Below are positions 27,869 to 41,200 of a stretch of 64,000 nucleotides of DNA, piece by piece. Source of the stretch: the human T2T-CHM13v2.0 reference genome, Homo sapiens. Where the stretch lies: NCBI RefSeq assembly GCF_009914755.1, contig NC_060931.1. One strand, written 5' to 3'. Numbering within the stretch: position 1 is the first letter of the stretch; every line of letters begins with the position of its first letter. A program made the translations under genes and the position numbers. The notes beneath the pieces were generated by a model. It made no database searches. It saw nothing but the letters and a program-made list of their open reading frames with translations, and had not been told where the DNA came from.

Positions 27869-27939
27869 TTAGCAACGCTAAGATTATAAGCTGTAGGTTA
27901 TAAGATTTTTTTTTTTTTTTAAAAGTAGGAACAGAAATA

Positions 27940-30900
27940 TCAAACAGCAGATGGAAAATATTCATTGGCAAATTTTTACCTGAGGATGAATGAAAAAATT
28001 GCTTTTATAAAGTAAGACCATTGAAAACACAGCAATAGAAGAAGGTGGTGGGCAGAACTCAAGAATTTTTTTTTTAAATCAAAATCACCAGAGAATAAAA
28101 AATAAAATAGGAAGTCAGACATAGCTAAAAACACAGCAAACGAACTAGAGAAGAGAAATGAGAGAGGCAGGCAAAAGAAAATAGTCACATATATTTTTAA
28201 GAAAAGAAATTTTAAAATGTTGACAAGAGAAAAAAAAATCAACCATATGAGTCACCAATGTCGTTGGTTAAGAAAATCAGTAACAATACCACGGGAAGTA
28301 GACATATTTAAAATCATAATTGAACAGATTTTTCCTGACTTAAGCAAAGACTTTGAATTTTCATAATGATGCTACACCTATTTCTTAGGCAAATTTGGCC
28401 AAGAATATTGAAAGTAGAGATACAGACCCACTTAAAATTATTGCAGATAATAAATAACAAAAGGTACTTTGGAGAATTACTTTAAAAAAATAAAGTCAAA
28501 TATTACATGAAGGTTTAAGTGTGGAAAAATTGGGCTGACGTCAGACTTCTCCAAGAAAAAAAGTCAATAAATTATCTGTGAAGTTTACAAGAAACTAATG
28601 TATGTTTCAAGAATTTTACACTCAGCTAAAGTATGCCTTGAAGTGTCAAAGTAGTAGGCAAACAATTCTGAACACGCAAATCTTAGAAAACATTGTTTCC
28701 CTGAGGTCTTCTGGTAAGATCTGTCCCTAGAGGACAAACGAGCAAACAGAAGAAATACGGAGGGAAAAATAACAAAAAGACTAGGAAAGAGCATCAAATA
28801 CAGTTTTGTTTTTTCATCTGGAAAAGACCAAATGAAACAAGAAAATTCCTGTGAAAGAATGAATGTTTATGATACCGGAGGGGGCAGGGAAGTGCTGGGT
28901 CGAGAAGGGTGGGGTCCCTGGTGAGGATCCACCCTCAGGCTGGTGCCCAGGGACCTAAGTAAGAATAGGCACTCCTGTTTTCGCGCCCAAATGTTGCATT
29001 TTCCAAGACCACTCTGGCCTGCCACACCCCCTGATCCTGTGCCTATAAAAAACCCGGAGGCCCCAGCAGGCACACACACAGGTGGCTGGACATCGAGAGG
29101 AACACACCAGTAGAAGAACACACCAGCAGATGCTGGCAGGCTACTGATGGCAGAACGACAGGGACGCCAAGGGGAATTCGGCCAAGGGTGGGTGGTCTGA
29201 GGAGAGCCCCGCCACTGAGCAGCCAACCCCAGGGGAAGACTACCTTCCCACTTAAACCTCTTCTGTCTCCCCATCAATCTGCTGAGAACTGCTTCCACTA
29301 CTCTACAAAACTTTGCACTCACTCTCCAAGACCACATGTGATCCGATTTTTCTGGTACAGTAGGGCAAGAATCCAGGGATACAGAAGCCCTCTGTCCTTG
29401 CAATTTAGCAGAGGCTCTGATTGAACTGACTAACAAGCTGCCTGCGGACGGCTAAGCTGAAAGAGCAAACTGTAACACACGCCCACTGGGGCTCCAGGAA
29501 CTGTAAACAACCAATCCTAGATGCTGCCGTGGGGTCGGAGCCCACGCTCTCCACCATCTGCTCATCGGCATGCTTGTCCTAGGGGTTTGAGCAGTGGGGC
29601 ACCGAAGAAGCAAGCCACACCGCTGTCACACACCCAGCAAGGAGTATAAGGGAAAACTTCTCCCGTTTCGTTTATAATATGAGCACTGACAATATATGTC
29701 CATGGATAGAGCAGCAGAAAAGAGGAAGTACTAAAGGTAAGGGAATTATGCATATTTACTTAATGGATTTTAAATTATATAATATTTGGAAGGCAAATTA
29801 AGTCACAAAATTAAGATATTGAATAGCACCAAAGTAAACACAAATAAATTTAATAAGTAATAAGAAAATTAAAAAATTTTATAAGTGTAATAAGTTACAA
29901 TTAAAGTCATGGCAGAGAGAGGAAGAAGAGCCACATTAATTTCATCATTGATCATATGCAAAAAAATAGAAATTATTAGAAGAATTAGAGTTTTAGGGAA
30001 TTGTATTGAGTAAAAAATGACAAGAAAACCAATATTGACAGAAATATGGATATAATGAGTGTTATTTAAAATCTTAACATAGTGGAACAAAGCTAATATC
30101 AAGTACATCAGTTACCTTAATTTACATACATTAGATAAACTCACCCATTGAGCAAAAAATGCTTATTTTTAGGTTGCATTATAAATCAAAACAAACTCAG
30201 AGAGATACAGGTAAAACAAAATAACATAGAAATATGAAAAATAAAGGAATGAGGTATGATCTTCTAGAAAAGTGACAAGTTTGGGAAACATGATTAAGTA
30301 TGAAATAAGTGCCAGTATTGGATATAATTCATATTAAAGATATAACAGGTAACAATATTAATTTCATAATTAAAAATCACAGAAAATTAGGAAAGATAGA
30401 AATATATTTTATTGGATAATTTAGCTCTCCCATTTCATGAAAGAATAAGGAATAAGATTTTAAATTGCAAACACATAGTTAATAAAACAGATAACATGTA
30501 AAACACGTACAATTTCTTTTCAGGAACCCATGGAATATTGACCAAAATCAACTATTAAATGCCAGTGAAAATGTCAAAGAATTAAAAGTATAACTTGATT
30601 TTAAAACCAGAAAATGCAACAGTTCCTCTCATCTGGAAATGTAAGGGAAGAGAAATTATCTCTCTCAAAGCCTTTTGAGGCAAAAATTAAATCTAAAAAT
30701 TAATTTCAGAATATCTACAAAGTGATAATGCAAACATATAACAAAACATACGCAATCTAATTAAAGCAGTGATATACATATGAGACATATTTTATATATG
30801 TATATGTACGTATGTGTAAATACATATAGGTATGTAACTATAGATAAAAGAATACAAATTAATACATTAAGTTAATAAGGATTATATTTAAAATATTTAG

Positions 30901-33020
30901 GGAACAAATCTATAAAGTTGAAGCAGAAAAAGTTAATGAAGATAAAATCATTGAGGTCAATTAATTTAAGCAGTTCAATTCACAAGTTGTCCAAAAACTG
31001 CTTCTTTGAAAAAGAATATTATAAAATAAAATTTAAAATTACACTTACAGGAAAATACACAAAATGAATGAATGTTAAAGGGAAGAAAGGACTGATAAAA
31101 AAGTAAAGGTTATGAGTCTAACATTCTATGCTTTGTATAAACTAAAAATATGAATGAAAATAATATTTTAAGAGTATGCAATTTATCCAAAGTAATTCCA
31201 GAGGAGACAGAAAAATTTGAACAGATCAACTAACCAGAAAATCAAATAAGTTTTCAATGAACAAGCTCCAGCTTTTAAAAAAATGACCATGTTCAAATGG
31301 ATTCAGTGGAAAATCTTACCAAATTTTCAAATATCAGATAATTTCAATACTATTTAGATTTTTCCACAGCATATAAAAATGTTTATTTTCTTAACTTAAT
31401 AAGGAAACAAATAAGTGATAACAAAATTTACAAAGGCTGCCATTTAAGGAAAGAATCAGTCCCACTTTATCAACTTAAAATCTTAGAATAAAATTAAGAC
31501 AAAATTTTGTACTACAGTAAAATAATGTTATGATATCATAAATGGGGGTCTTCTTTCAGAAGAAGAATAAAAGGTATAATCACCTTTTAGATATTAAAAA
31601 TATACTATTATACTTAATTCTTATGTTTGTGAAACATTTTTATTAAAACAAGATTAAATGGACACTATCTTAATATGAACCTAAAAGCTTGCATTGTGTT
31701 GAATGTGAAAAAACTAGAAATTTTCCTATAGGAGCTGAGGATGAATCAAATGTGGACAATCACCACTATGATATACTTAAAAAAAATTCTAGACAATGAA
31801 ATTACAAAAGAGGTATAAATTAATTTTAATAAAATGGAAAGAAGAAAATGAAATCAGCAATATTTACAGAAGTGATATTTATACTTGGAAACCTAAAATA
31901 ATCAACTCCAAAATCAGAAACCTTATAGAACTCTAAAAAAAAGACATTTATATAACTAGTTACAGCATTAATATACAAAAATGAATATGTGTGTGTGTAA
32001 TCAGTTAAAATATACAAAATATGACTTCGTTTATCATATGAAGAAAGGATAAAATACAAATAGTAATAGTAGTATGAAATATGCAAGATCTATACAGAGA
32101 AAAGTGAAGACATGAGGAGGAGAGAAAGGAAATTGTTCCATATTTTTGGATAGGAAGACTCAGTATCAGAAAAATGAAACTGTTCCTCAAAATAATTGAG
32201 AAAAGTAACATATTCTTATTAGAAATGCCATTACTGATTTTAAACCTCTAAGTAGATTCTTTAGTTTATTGTGAAAATATTATTTAATGAAGCAAACTTT
32301 CAAGGAAAAGTCAGTAACAGAAAAGCAATAAAGATGGGACCTATGGTATAGTAAGATTTCAGTAATTAAAATAATGTGATACTGGTATATGATGGTTAGG
32401 CCAATCAAATAAACATAATAGAAAGCAAAAAAAAAAAAAGATTCTAGTATGCATGCCAATTTATAAAATGACAAAATGGGGACTTTACTTGAATAAGGAA
32501 ACAATGGAACTATTTGAGTAAAGCATTATATGATTACTTGTTATTTAAAGAACGACTATGTTAGCTTCATACCTCACAGTCATAAACCATAATAAATTAC
32601 AACTTCATTCAATATTGAAATGCACAAACAAAAGACAAAAATTACTAGGATAGATTATAAGAAACATAGTTTCAAATGAGAAAATCCTTTCTTATTATGA
32701 CCAGTAGGAAGCAAAGCGTAGTTAAAAAATATGCCTTGCTTGAAACCACACACACACAAAAATGATATATTGGAAAAATAAATTAATAAGTTAGCTAATT
32801 TCTGTAAGGAAGAGTTCCTACAAATCAATCAGAAATGCATTTTAAAAAATTAAAATGAGCAAAGATGACAGTAGAAGCTTCACAGAAAAAGAAATATAAA
32901 TGGTTATAAAAATATAAAATTATCAACTTTCTTCATAAGAGAAATACCAAATTAAAAAAATGAGAATCCTTTTAGGCCTGTCAGAATTGAAAGATCAGAG
33001 AGTCATATTATTTTGTGTTG
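27940..33020 (+). mobile_element. Very old L1M/HAL1-like body, split by LTR1
   Basis: A-rich decayed L1 ORF1/ORF2 landmarks, e.g. 'tcaggaacccatggaatattgaccaaaatc', 'aaatggattcagtggaaaatcttaccaaatttt', 'ggataggaagactcagtat'. Confidence 0.7.
28870..29670 (+). mobile_element. LTR1-family ERV1 solo LTR (~800 bp)
   Basis: Starts tgataccggagggggcagggaagtgctggg. TATA 'cctataaaaa' at 29042-29051. Ends ctcccgtttcg. Perfect 4-bp TSD ttta at 28866-28869 and 29671-29674. Confidence 0.9.
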
Positions 33021-33162
33021 GGAAAATAGCATTCTTTTATGATGTAGCTCCCAGCAAAGCTTGTGCCTTAATAAAGGTTGCCAGGCAAGGCTGTGAGTTG
33101 GGCTGAAATTCAGCCAATGTGTAGCTCTTTAAGCCTTGCCATCAGGACTAATCCATCTATTT

Positions 33163-33388
33163 CAGGGGTTGGTTGACAAACTATGGCCTGTGTGCCAAAT
33201 CTAACCCTCTGCCTGTTTTTGTAAATAAAGTTTTGTTAGAGCACAGCTTCACTCACTGGTTTTTGTATTACCTACGGTTGCTTTCACTCTCCATAATGGC
33301 AGGGTAGAGTAGCAACAGAAACATTACGGACCTCAAAGCCAATTATATGTACTATCTAATCTTTTATAGAAAACATTTGCCAATCCAG
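33163..33388 (+). mobile_element. MER58A (hAT-Charlie)
   Basis: 'caggggttgg...caaactatggcctgtgtgccaaatc...gtaaataaagttttgttagagcacagc...tttgccaatcc'. Confidence 0.88.
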
Positions 33389-34496
33389 ATGAAAGTGCCA
33401 TTTGCCTTCCACGAAAGCTCTATTTAGTCACAAAGTCTTACCTGAAAATGTACATTGACCAGAAATAGTGTTTTTTTCTACTTCAGTTTTTCAGAGATGA
33501 TGAATTTTCCTAAATTTTCCAGACATGCCTATGGACTGTCAGTAGCCTAAGCCACATGGTGGTATAGTATTTGAAGTGCAATTTAGCAATACCTTCTAAA
33601 ATGTATAGCACATAAACCGTTTGACCATTTAATTTCATTTAAAGCAATTTATCTGATTAACATACTTATATGTGTATGAAATTATGTACACAGTGATTCA
33701 CTTTCAAAAATAAAAATAACTTAGCCTATTTACAAGTTCATCATTAACAAATTGCTTAAATAATGCATGAACCATTACAAAATGGAATACTATGTATATA
33801 TTAAAAAGTAAAATTTCCTTTAAGAACTTCATATGATATAAACTTCTCAAAAATGTTTTTGAATGAAAGAAGTAACACGCCGATTCTGGGATTGGCCAGG
33901 TAATTTGCTTTGGCCAATAAAACAATACTACGTCTAATAAAAATAGAAGCTTAAAAAAGAGGTTGCACATTTCTAGTTCCTCTCTTTGACCCTTGTCATG
34001 ACCATGAAAAGTTGCCTGCAGGAATGTGAAGGACGAATGGAGGATATGTGTTCAGGTACCATCAATTGAGTACAGATGCATGGGTGAGTCTAGCCATGAT
34101 TTTTCAAGTCTTCCAAGATTAGCAAGCAGATATTATATAGATTATAAAAAGTGTTATACATAGATTACCACTTGTTGTGATTGCTATTGTTATGTGTTTT
34201 TCTCTAATGTGTCATGAGTTGTCTCTTTTGAGAGTAACCACAAGACAACATAGCCACTTTCGAAGAGAGAGCTCTGACAAGGTTCGGGTGTCTTGGTCAG
34301 ATGGGACATAATAAGGAAATGAAACCAAAATGCATAAATCAGAAGAAAATTATTAGTAACAGGTCTCAGAGAGGGTAAGGTTGCCAATAGGAGACTGACC
34401 AGAAGTTCAGAGGCAGCGGGGAGCTCAATCAGTGGGTGGGAAGTGAGACACACACTTCTCTCTTTTTAAGTATAGTTCTTCCGTGGAAACTTACTT

Positions 34497-34505
34497 ACTT
34501 TCTTT

Positions 34506-34569
<64 letters not shown>

Positions 34570-34644
34570 TCCTTCTTCTTTCCCTCTTTCTTTCTTTTCT
34601 TTCTCTCTTTCTTTCCCCCTCCCTCCCTTCGTTCCTTCTTTCTC

Positions 34645-34700
<56 letters not shown>

Positions 34701-34771
34701 TTTCTCTCTTTCTTTCTTTTCTTTCTCTCTTTCTTTCCCCTTCCCTCCCTTCCTTCCTTCTTTCTCCTTTC

Positions 34772-34827
<56 letters not shown>

Positions 34828-34880
34828 TTCTTTCTCTCTTTCTTTCCCCTTCCCTCCCTTCCTTCCTTCTTTCTCCTTTC

Positions 34881-34948
<68 letters not shown>

Positions 34949-35046
34949 TCCTTCTTTCTTTCTTTCTTTTCTTTCTTTCCCTCCCTCCCTCCCTCCCCCG
35001 CTTCCTTCCTTCCTTCCTCCCTCCCTCCCTCCCTCTGTTTCTTTTC
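34497..35046. repeat. Compound (TTTC)n/(TTCC)n polypyrimidine tract, an expanded Alu tail
   Basis: About 550 bp of almost only C/T on the + strand, abutting the Alu 3' end. Confidence 0.98.
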
Positions 35047-35307
35047 TTCGAGGGAGTCTTGCTCTGTGACACAGGCTGGAGGGCAGTGGAACATCTCGGC
35101 TCGCTGCAACCTCCTCCTCCCGATTTCAAGCGATTCTCCTGCCTCAGCCTCCCGAGTAGCTGGGATTACAGGCGTCTGCCATCACACCTGGCTGTTATTT
35201 TTGTATTTTTAGTAGAGACGGGGTTTCAAATTCATGACCTTAAGTGATCCACCCGCCTTGGCTTCCCAAAGTGCTGGGATTACAGGCATGAGCCACTGCA
35301 CCCAGCC
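35047..35307 (-). mobile_element. AluS with left-arm internal deletion
   Basis: 'gagacggggtttcaaattcatgacc' lacks the consensus 'ccatgttggccaggctggtctcg'. Confidence 0.95.
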
Positions 35308-36299
35308 GGAACTAGACTTTCATTAAAGTCCACAAGCATTATCTTTTAGATTTTCCTTTGCGGGTTATAGATTGACTAATTTAAGGAAAACACGAGTTAA
35401 GAGGGAATTTATTTACATGATATGGCCTTAGATTTTATCATGGTTAGCAGCTGTAGGTTATAGTGGGTTTTCTCTCAGTAAGATGAGGAACAAGCAGGTT
35501 ACATCACAATCATATAAAGAGGGGAAGTTTTCAGTAAGTTACAGGTGACCTGTTATGACTGTTTCAAATAACTTATGTCAGGCCTACAAATGGATACAGA
35601 GGCAGCAACTATATTAAACAAATTTATGACTTTGCTATTTAACACCCTACAGGCTGAGAGGCTTTGTTACACAGCAACAGTTAGCTGATACTCTTTCAAA
35701 ATTAAAAATTTAAACTTTGTGCACATTTTATTCAACACTGAAAAGAATTTAAAAATGCAAATGAAAATAACATAAATAATTCATTTGTCACATGTCATGT
35801 AGGCAATTTTAAAATGTTAATTTTAAATATTGATATAGATAAATAGGAATAAAATCAGAAATATTGTTGGCGAAAACTTACATTTTAAAAATCTTCCAAA
35901 ATATTTTGGAAATAGGTATAAAAATATGAGACTCTTACGTAGTCTTATGTCTAGAAATACCACTTATAATTTGTCTAAAGAAAATAGTCTTTGATGCTTA
36001 TAAAGTCATCACTATAAAGATTTTAATGATGAACATATTTTTGATAAGGTAAAATATGGTATGTTATTAAGAATGAAATGCTAAATGTATGGTACTTTGA
36101 CTTTATTACCTATAGGTGATAGGCACTTTGCTAATAAGATGTCCTTAGACTGACAAAAAAAAAAAATCCACATTTAAAAAATTTTCATAGTCACCGGTTA
36201 AACTGTTTAACTAAATGAATTGTCATGATACTTCCTGGTTTATTCCTCAATTCAGTGCCCAGTAACCTTGACAAAAGTTAGCAGTTACATTTTCCTAAT

Positions 36300-36455
36300 C
36301 CGTCCAGATTGTGAGCCCCTTAAAATAATATCAATTTTTTAGATGAAGAGGCTGTGGCAAAGGGAGCTTTAAATATTTGCCTAAGGTCGCATGATGTGGC
36401 AGTAAAGCTGGGGCTTGCCACCAGGCAATCTAATTCTAGTATCTGCATTCTGAAC
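36300..36455 (-). mobile_element. MIR
   Basis: MIR core 'tttttagatgaagaggctgtggc...atttgcctaaggtcgca...gctggggcttgccaccaggca'. Confidence 0.75.
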
Positions 36456-39334
36456 TTCTCAGAAAACATTCTAGACAGTAGAGTAAAGGACTAAGTTAAT
36501 GTACAGAGACACAAAAGCATCGAATGCATGGGGAGAGATTTCAACAGCTTTCAGACACACCTACTGAGTATTTACTTGATGAAACACAATTCTATCTACT
36601 GAGTAATACACAGAGGATGTGATAAAATACAAATTTAAAAGGCAAATTGGAGCTAGAATTTGGAGCTATTTTAACAACTGATAAAATAATAAGACATTTG
36701 AAAATACGAGTGAAATATTCAAGGTAGAATGTAAAATTACACCTCTACAGAAAATTTACATCTGCCAAATAATAAACATCTCATATTGATTAAAAGTAAT
36801 TTAATATTTTGAAAATTTCTGAGAGAAGTAAAAAGAATAAAACTCTGTGAACAGATTGGGGCATCTGTTGAACTTTTAAATGAAGCTTTTAAGTTTGAAT
36901 TTTATGAATATTTTTCTCAATATTTTTCAATCATTCATATGTTTGCACATCTGTTTGTTATCTGCCTTTAACACCATACATGACACAATATTGAATTAAA
37001 TTACAGAAGCAGATCACATCTAATACAATTATAAGTGTCATTTATACCAAATGTCGGAGAAAAATGAAGTGCAAAAATGTCTAGCTGAGTAAATTATGAA
37101 ACTTGAATTTTTATATTTGATTAAGATGCAATATTAATAAAGATGGGAAACAAGTTTTAAGTTAACTGGCAATAAACTAGTTTAGGTAAATATTTTTGAC
37201 AAGAGTCTATGTTTTCAAAACATGTCTATCTGACATAAAGAAACAGTAACTAATACCAAAGGAAACATTATCTATGCTTACAAATGAATACAATTTATTT
37301 AATAATTTGATTCTGTAGTTAAAATATTCTTCATTCACTCAGTCCACAATTGTATACTGAGTACTAATTATCATCACTCATTTGTTCCTGGGCTCTAGTC
37401 CCAAATCTGATATTTATCTAGCATACATTACTGATTATACCCTTCCTAGAAGGGTCAACCTGAATAAGCGTAAATATTCTGAGTTTTGACACGTATGTGT
37501 GTAATACAGAAATATATTACATATTTTTTCCCATGTCGAAGTGATTCAGTGACATGATGTCTATGAAAATGCTTTGTTAACTTGAAAACTAAATATACAG
37601 ATGAGAATTTCCTAGGAATAGTAATATAATTGTAACAAATTTTAGTATTCATATAGCCCAGGATATTTGCTCTGCCGATGTTGTCACATATGAAAGCATG
37701 ATAATTCTGCTCTCCACATTAGCACTCTTACAAGTGAATTTATAAACTATCTCTATCATGTAATGACATTTTGTTCTCCTATAAAACATGGTCAAAATAT
37801 GCAAATTCTATTATTAATCTGATATCTAAAACCAATTATTATAAATCCTTTTTAAAACTCTAAGAATCACTGGGAAAATAATAAATATTATGCTGCTAAT
37901 CCACCAATTATGCCAGGAGAAGTCTCTAATTAGCGAGATCTCATTTACAAAATGGTTCCATGCAAGCTATTGACTTCAGATGCATTTTGATGCTGACAGT
38001 TTCCCCACCTGGGAAATGTAAAAACACTATGTGAAGATAATAGTGAATGCAACATAAAAATTGCCACAGCAAGCACCTTGTCAATCTGACCCTGACAGGA
38101 CAGACATATTGATTGGCTGGGGCTGGCAGAAGATTAAGCAGCCAGGACAGAGAAGCAAATGCAGGTGGATAATACAACCCACAAGTTGCACTTCTTCCTT
38201 TAAATTATGCACCAATTTAAAATGACTGCTGCTTGGGATTGTGAGTTTAACTCATGATCACTGTAAAATGGAAATTGCCTGGAAGTTTCTACTAGAAGTA
38301 GCAATAAAGTTACATTTAGCCTAGGGTATTTGAAGGAAAATTGCTATCACTGGTAATAGAATTTATAGCTAGCTTTGCTGTTGTAGATAAATCCATGTTT
38401 TTGACTTTGCGACCATTGAAACATAAAAATTAAACCTTTTAACCATAGTCAAGCCTTCTGTACTAAATGGTAAAAGCCAGTTATGATTGTTATCAGAAAG
38501 TTATTTCTAACTGTCAATTCTGGGGGAAGAAAGAATTTTGAAGCATCTCTGAGGTTTTATTTACAGTTAATTGGATACTCAATTGTAAAAAGATTATGAA
38601 TTGATTTATGAAAAGAGCTTCTAGAGGCCATGGCTGAGCTCCGTGCCTTTGGTCTGAATGTGCGTTGCTTTTATTATTCTTGCTAATGCATTGATAAGAA
38701 CACTTCTGTTGATAATAAGCTTAAAAGATATTTACTTTATTTTGCTTACATGTTCATAGAGGATGTCTGAACAGAATTTTGCTGAATGGCTTGGCTGCAA
38801 ACCAAACACAGCATCGAATGCTTCCTTCTGACTATTCAGGGAATTTATGGGAAGTAATAAATACAACGACTGCTTAAGCCTCAGCTGAAAGCCTTAGAAT
38901 ACTACCATTTTAAGAAAGTGTGTCCTGTAAGGAGGTGAATATTAATTAGTTTTACCAAGGCAAAATTAAATAGACACCTGAGGTAATTATCCAGATACTG
39001 TATATTTTCTCTTAAATAGGAGCTCTAATTAAATTTAGGTGGAGAGGTAGATTATTTGCATTCATTTTCCAAATAAAAGCATGCCAAAGGGAAATCAGAA
39101 AGGCTTGTAAGAATGCCTCTGAAAACTACATAATAATCAGAAATAAACAACATAAAAATGTTATACATGTCTCATTCTAATTTTGAGTATAACATTTATA
39201 AAATTTCAGATATTCTTAGAAATACTCAAATTGGCCTTTGGGTCTTGTATCAAGTGTTTTAGTCTTCTAAAGGAGAAATTATGAAAATAGGAAAGGAGGA
39301 TGGTAAACAGTGAATGTAGTCTGAGAAACATAAC

Positions 39335-39737
39335 TCAGTTATGCCGTTCTTGCCTTGCTATAAAAGAAACCTGAGCCTGGGAAATTTATAAAAAGAGGTC
39401 TAATTGGCTCACAACTCTGTAGGCTTTACAGGAAGCATAGCACTGGCATCTGCTTCTGGTGATGCCTTAGCAAGTTTACAATCATGAGAGAAGGTGACAG
39501 GGAACAGGCACATCACATGGTGACAACGGGAGCAAGAGAGAGATGGGGGGCAGGTGCCACACACCTCTAAACAACCAGATTTCATGTGAACTCACTCATT
39601 ACCCAGGGTATGGCACTAAGCCATCCATGAGGGATCTATCTTCACGATTCAAACACCTCCCATCAGGGTCCACCTCCAACGCCAGGAATTACATTTTAAT
39701 GTGAGATTATGAGGGGACAGATATTCAAATCATATCA
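39335..39737 (-). mobile_element. MSTB/MSTA solo LTR
   Basis: 'ttgctataaaagaaacctgagcctggg...acaggaagcatagcactggcatctgcttctggtga...gaggggacagatattcaaatcatatca'. Confidence 0.9.
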
Positions 39738-40174
39738 TAAGTCTACACGATTATTTAAGTGAGATAGTTCAGCACTTTCTACAGAATACATGCAGAGGAC
39801 ATTTTGAAACCCTTTTCAGCATAACATGCAAATAAATACAGATATATGTTTGGGTGTGTACATATGTGTGTGTGTGTATTGTGTCTTTGCATGTATCCTA
39901 TTTCAACAACTGAAACAATCTTGTGGGAGAAAGCATATACAGAGAGTATGCAGAAGAAACAACTGTACTCTGTCGTGGAGATTATGACAAAAAAGCAGAA
40001 CAGTGATCTGTGGACACAATTACTGATATTAGATTGTTCTACATATCAATTTGCTGCTTCTCATACTGGTGAATTTAAGGACAAGTTATATATTCCCTTG
40101 TTGTTTCCAAGTACCAATACACTCCTTCTTCTTCCAATAGGGCCCCTATTAAGAGATCTTTTGTTATATAATAG

Positions 40175-40330
40175 AAAAATCATGGCCTTTGGAATCAATC
40201 TTGTTTATGAAAACTGGCCTTGTTGATTCACTTTCTAAGTGACCTTGGACAATTTTCTCAACTCACATTGTGATTTTGTAAAGGTAAAAGGCAATAATAC
40301 ATTTGAAATATGTATAAATACTTGGTAGAT
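40175..40330 (+). mobile_element. MIR
   Basis: 'catggcctttggaatca...gtgaccttggacaatt...tgtaaagg...aataata'. Confidence 0.65.
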
Positions 40331-40959
40331 TACTGTTAATTTCCATTTTGTTTTGCCAAGGGCCTACTCATTAAATCGAACTTATTCCTTACCCTAAGCA
40401 TCCAGATCTCATTTATAATATTAATAAAAACTCTGTGTTTATTAATATTTATGATCTGCCTTACATAAGTCAGCAAGGGTATGGGGCTGCTACCTATGGA
40501 CAGACGCCTGCTTGAGTTTCCACCATTAACTGTTTCCATGATTTCCATATGACCTGGCACTCCACTTCACTTGATGATTTTTTGAATTTTGTTAGAACCT
40601 CAACTTCCTTCAGACAATCCCATTCTTTTCCCCCTGTATATTCTGTCTAATCAGCTCCCTAAGCTCACTGTTGCATACTTAGGCAATTCTTTTCTGAGAA
40701 ATCTTTTTTCCAAGAGGGAGGATGATACTATGAATGGTTTCAAGTCAGTTTTGACCACTGATCCTAGAAGAGAAAGTAAATCTTTGGTGATTTAGTGAGT
40801 GAGCGTAGACAACGTTGAGTGTAGACTGGCATATGTAGGCAGATGAATAGATTATGCAAAGTCTAGAGGAGATAAAGATTGTAATCAGTTCAATATGTCT
40901 GGACCACACAAAAAGCAAGATTAGAGAGTAGCAAGAGATGAAGTTGGAAATGTAAAAAG

Positions 40960-41200
40960 AAACAAAGTCACGATGGGGCAAATAGCAACTTTAAGAATTG
41001 GTATATTCTCCCAAAGGCAACTGGAAATTTGTGACTTTAAGCAGGAATCAGTCAGATGAACTTTGTGCATTAGGTGGATTATTTTGTCCTGAGCACAAAG
41101 TATGGGTAAGTAAAGGCAAGACTACAGATGGAAAGAACATTTGTATAACTTTTTTATTAACATAGGTGCAGCATAAAGGTCACAGGAACTAAATTACAGA
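40960..41200 (-). mobile_element. L2 fragment
   Basis: 'tattctcccaaaggcaactggaaa...ttaagcaggaatcagtcagatga' resembles L2. Confidence 0.5.

Larger units (their letters stand above)
34188..35644 (-). mobile_element. Putative ERVL-type LTR (family unassigned) within an MLT1 fragment, hosting an Alu
   Basis: TG...CA termini. MLT1-like sequence on both sides (33880-34187 and 35645-35690). No clean TSD. Confidence 0.4.

Noticed and set aside
28867-29436. 189-aa minus-strand ORF
   Set aside because: It lies within the GC-rich LTR1-family LTR, antisense, with no recognisable domain.
34436-35247. Four 204-258 aa ORFs (F/L/S-rich or K/E/R-rich)
   Set aside because: They are translations of the (TTTC)n tract and Alu. 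Pure pyrimidine or purine strands cannot contain stop codons.
39846-40226. 126-aa ORF
   Set aside because: It begins in a (TG)n tract and ends in a MIR, with no recognisable domain.
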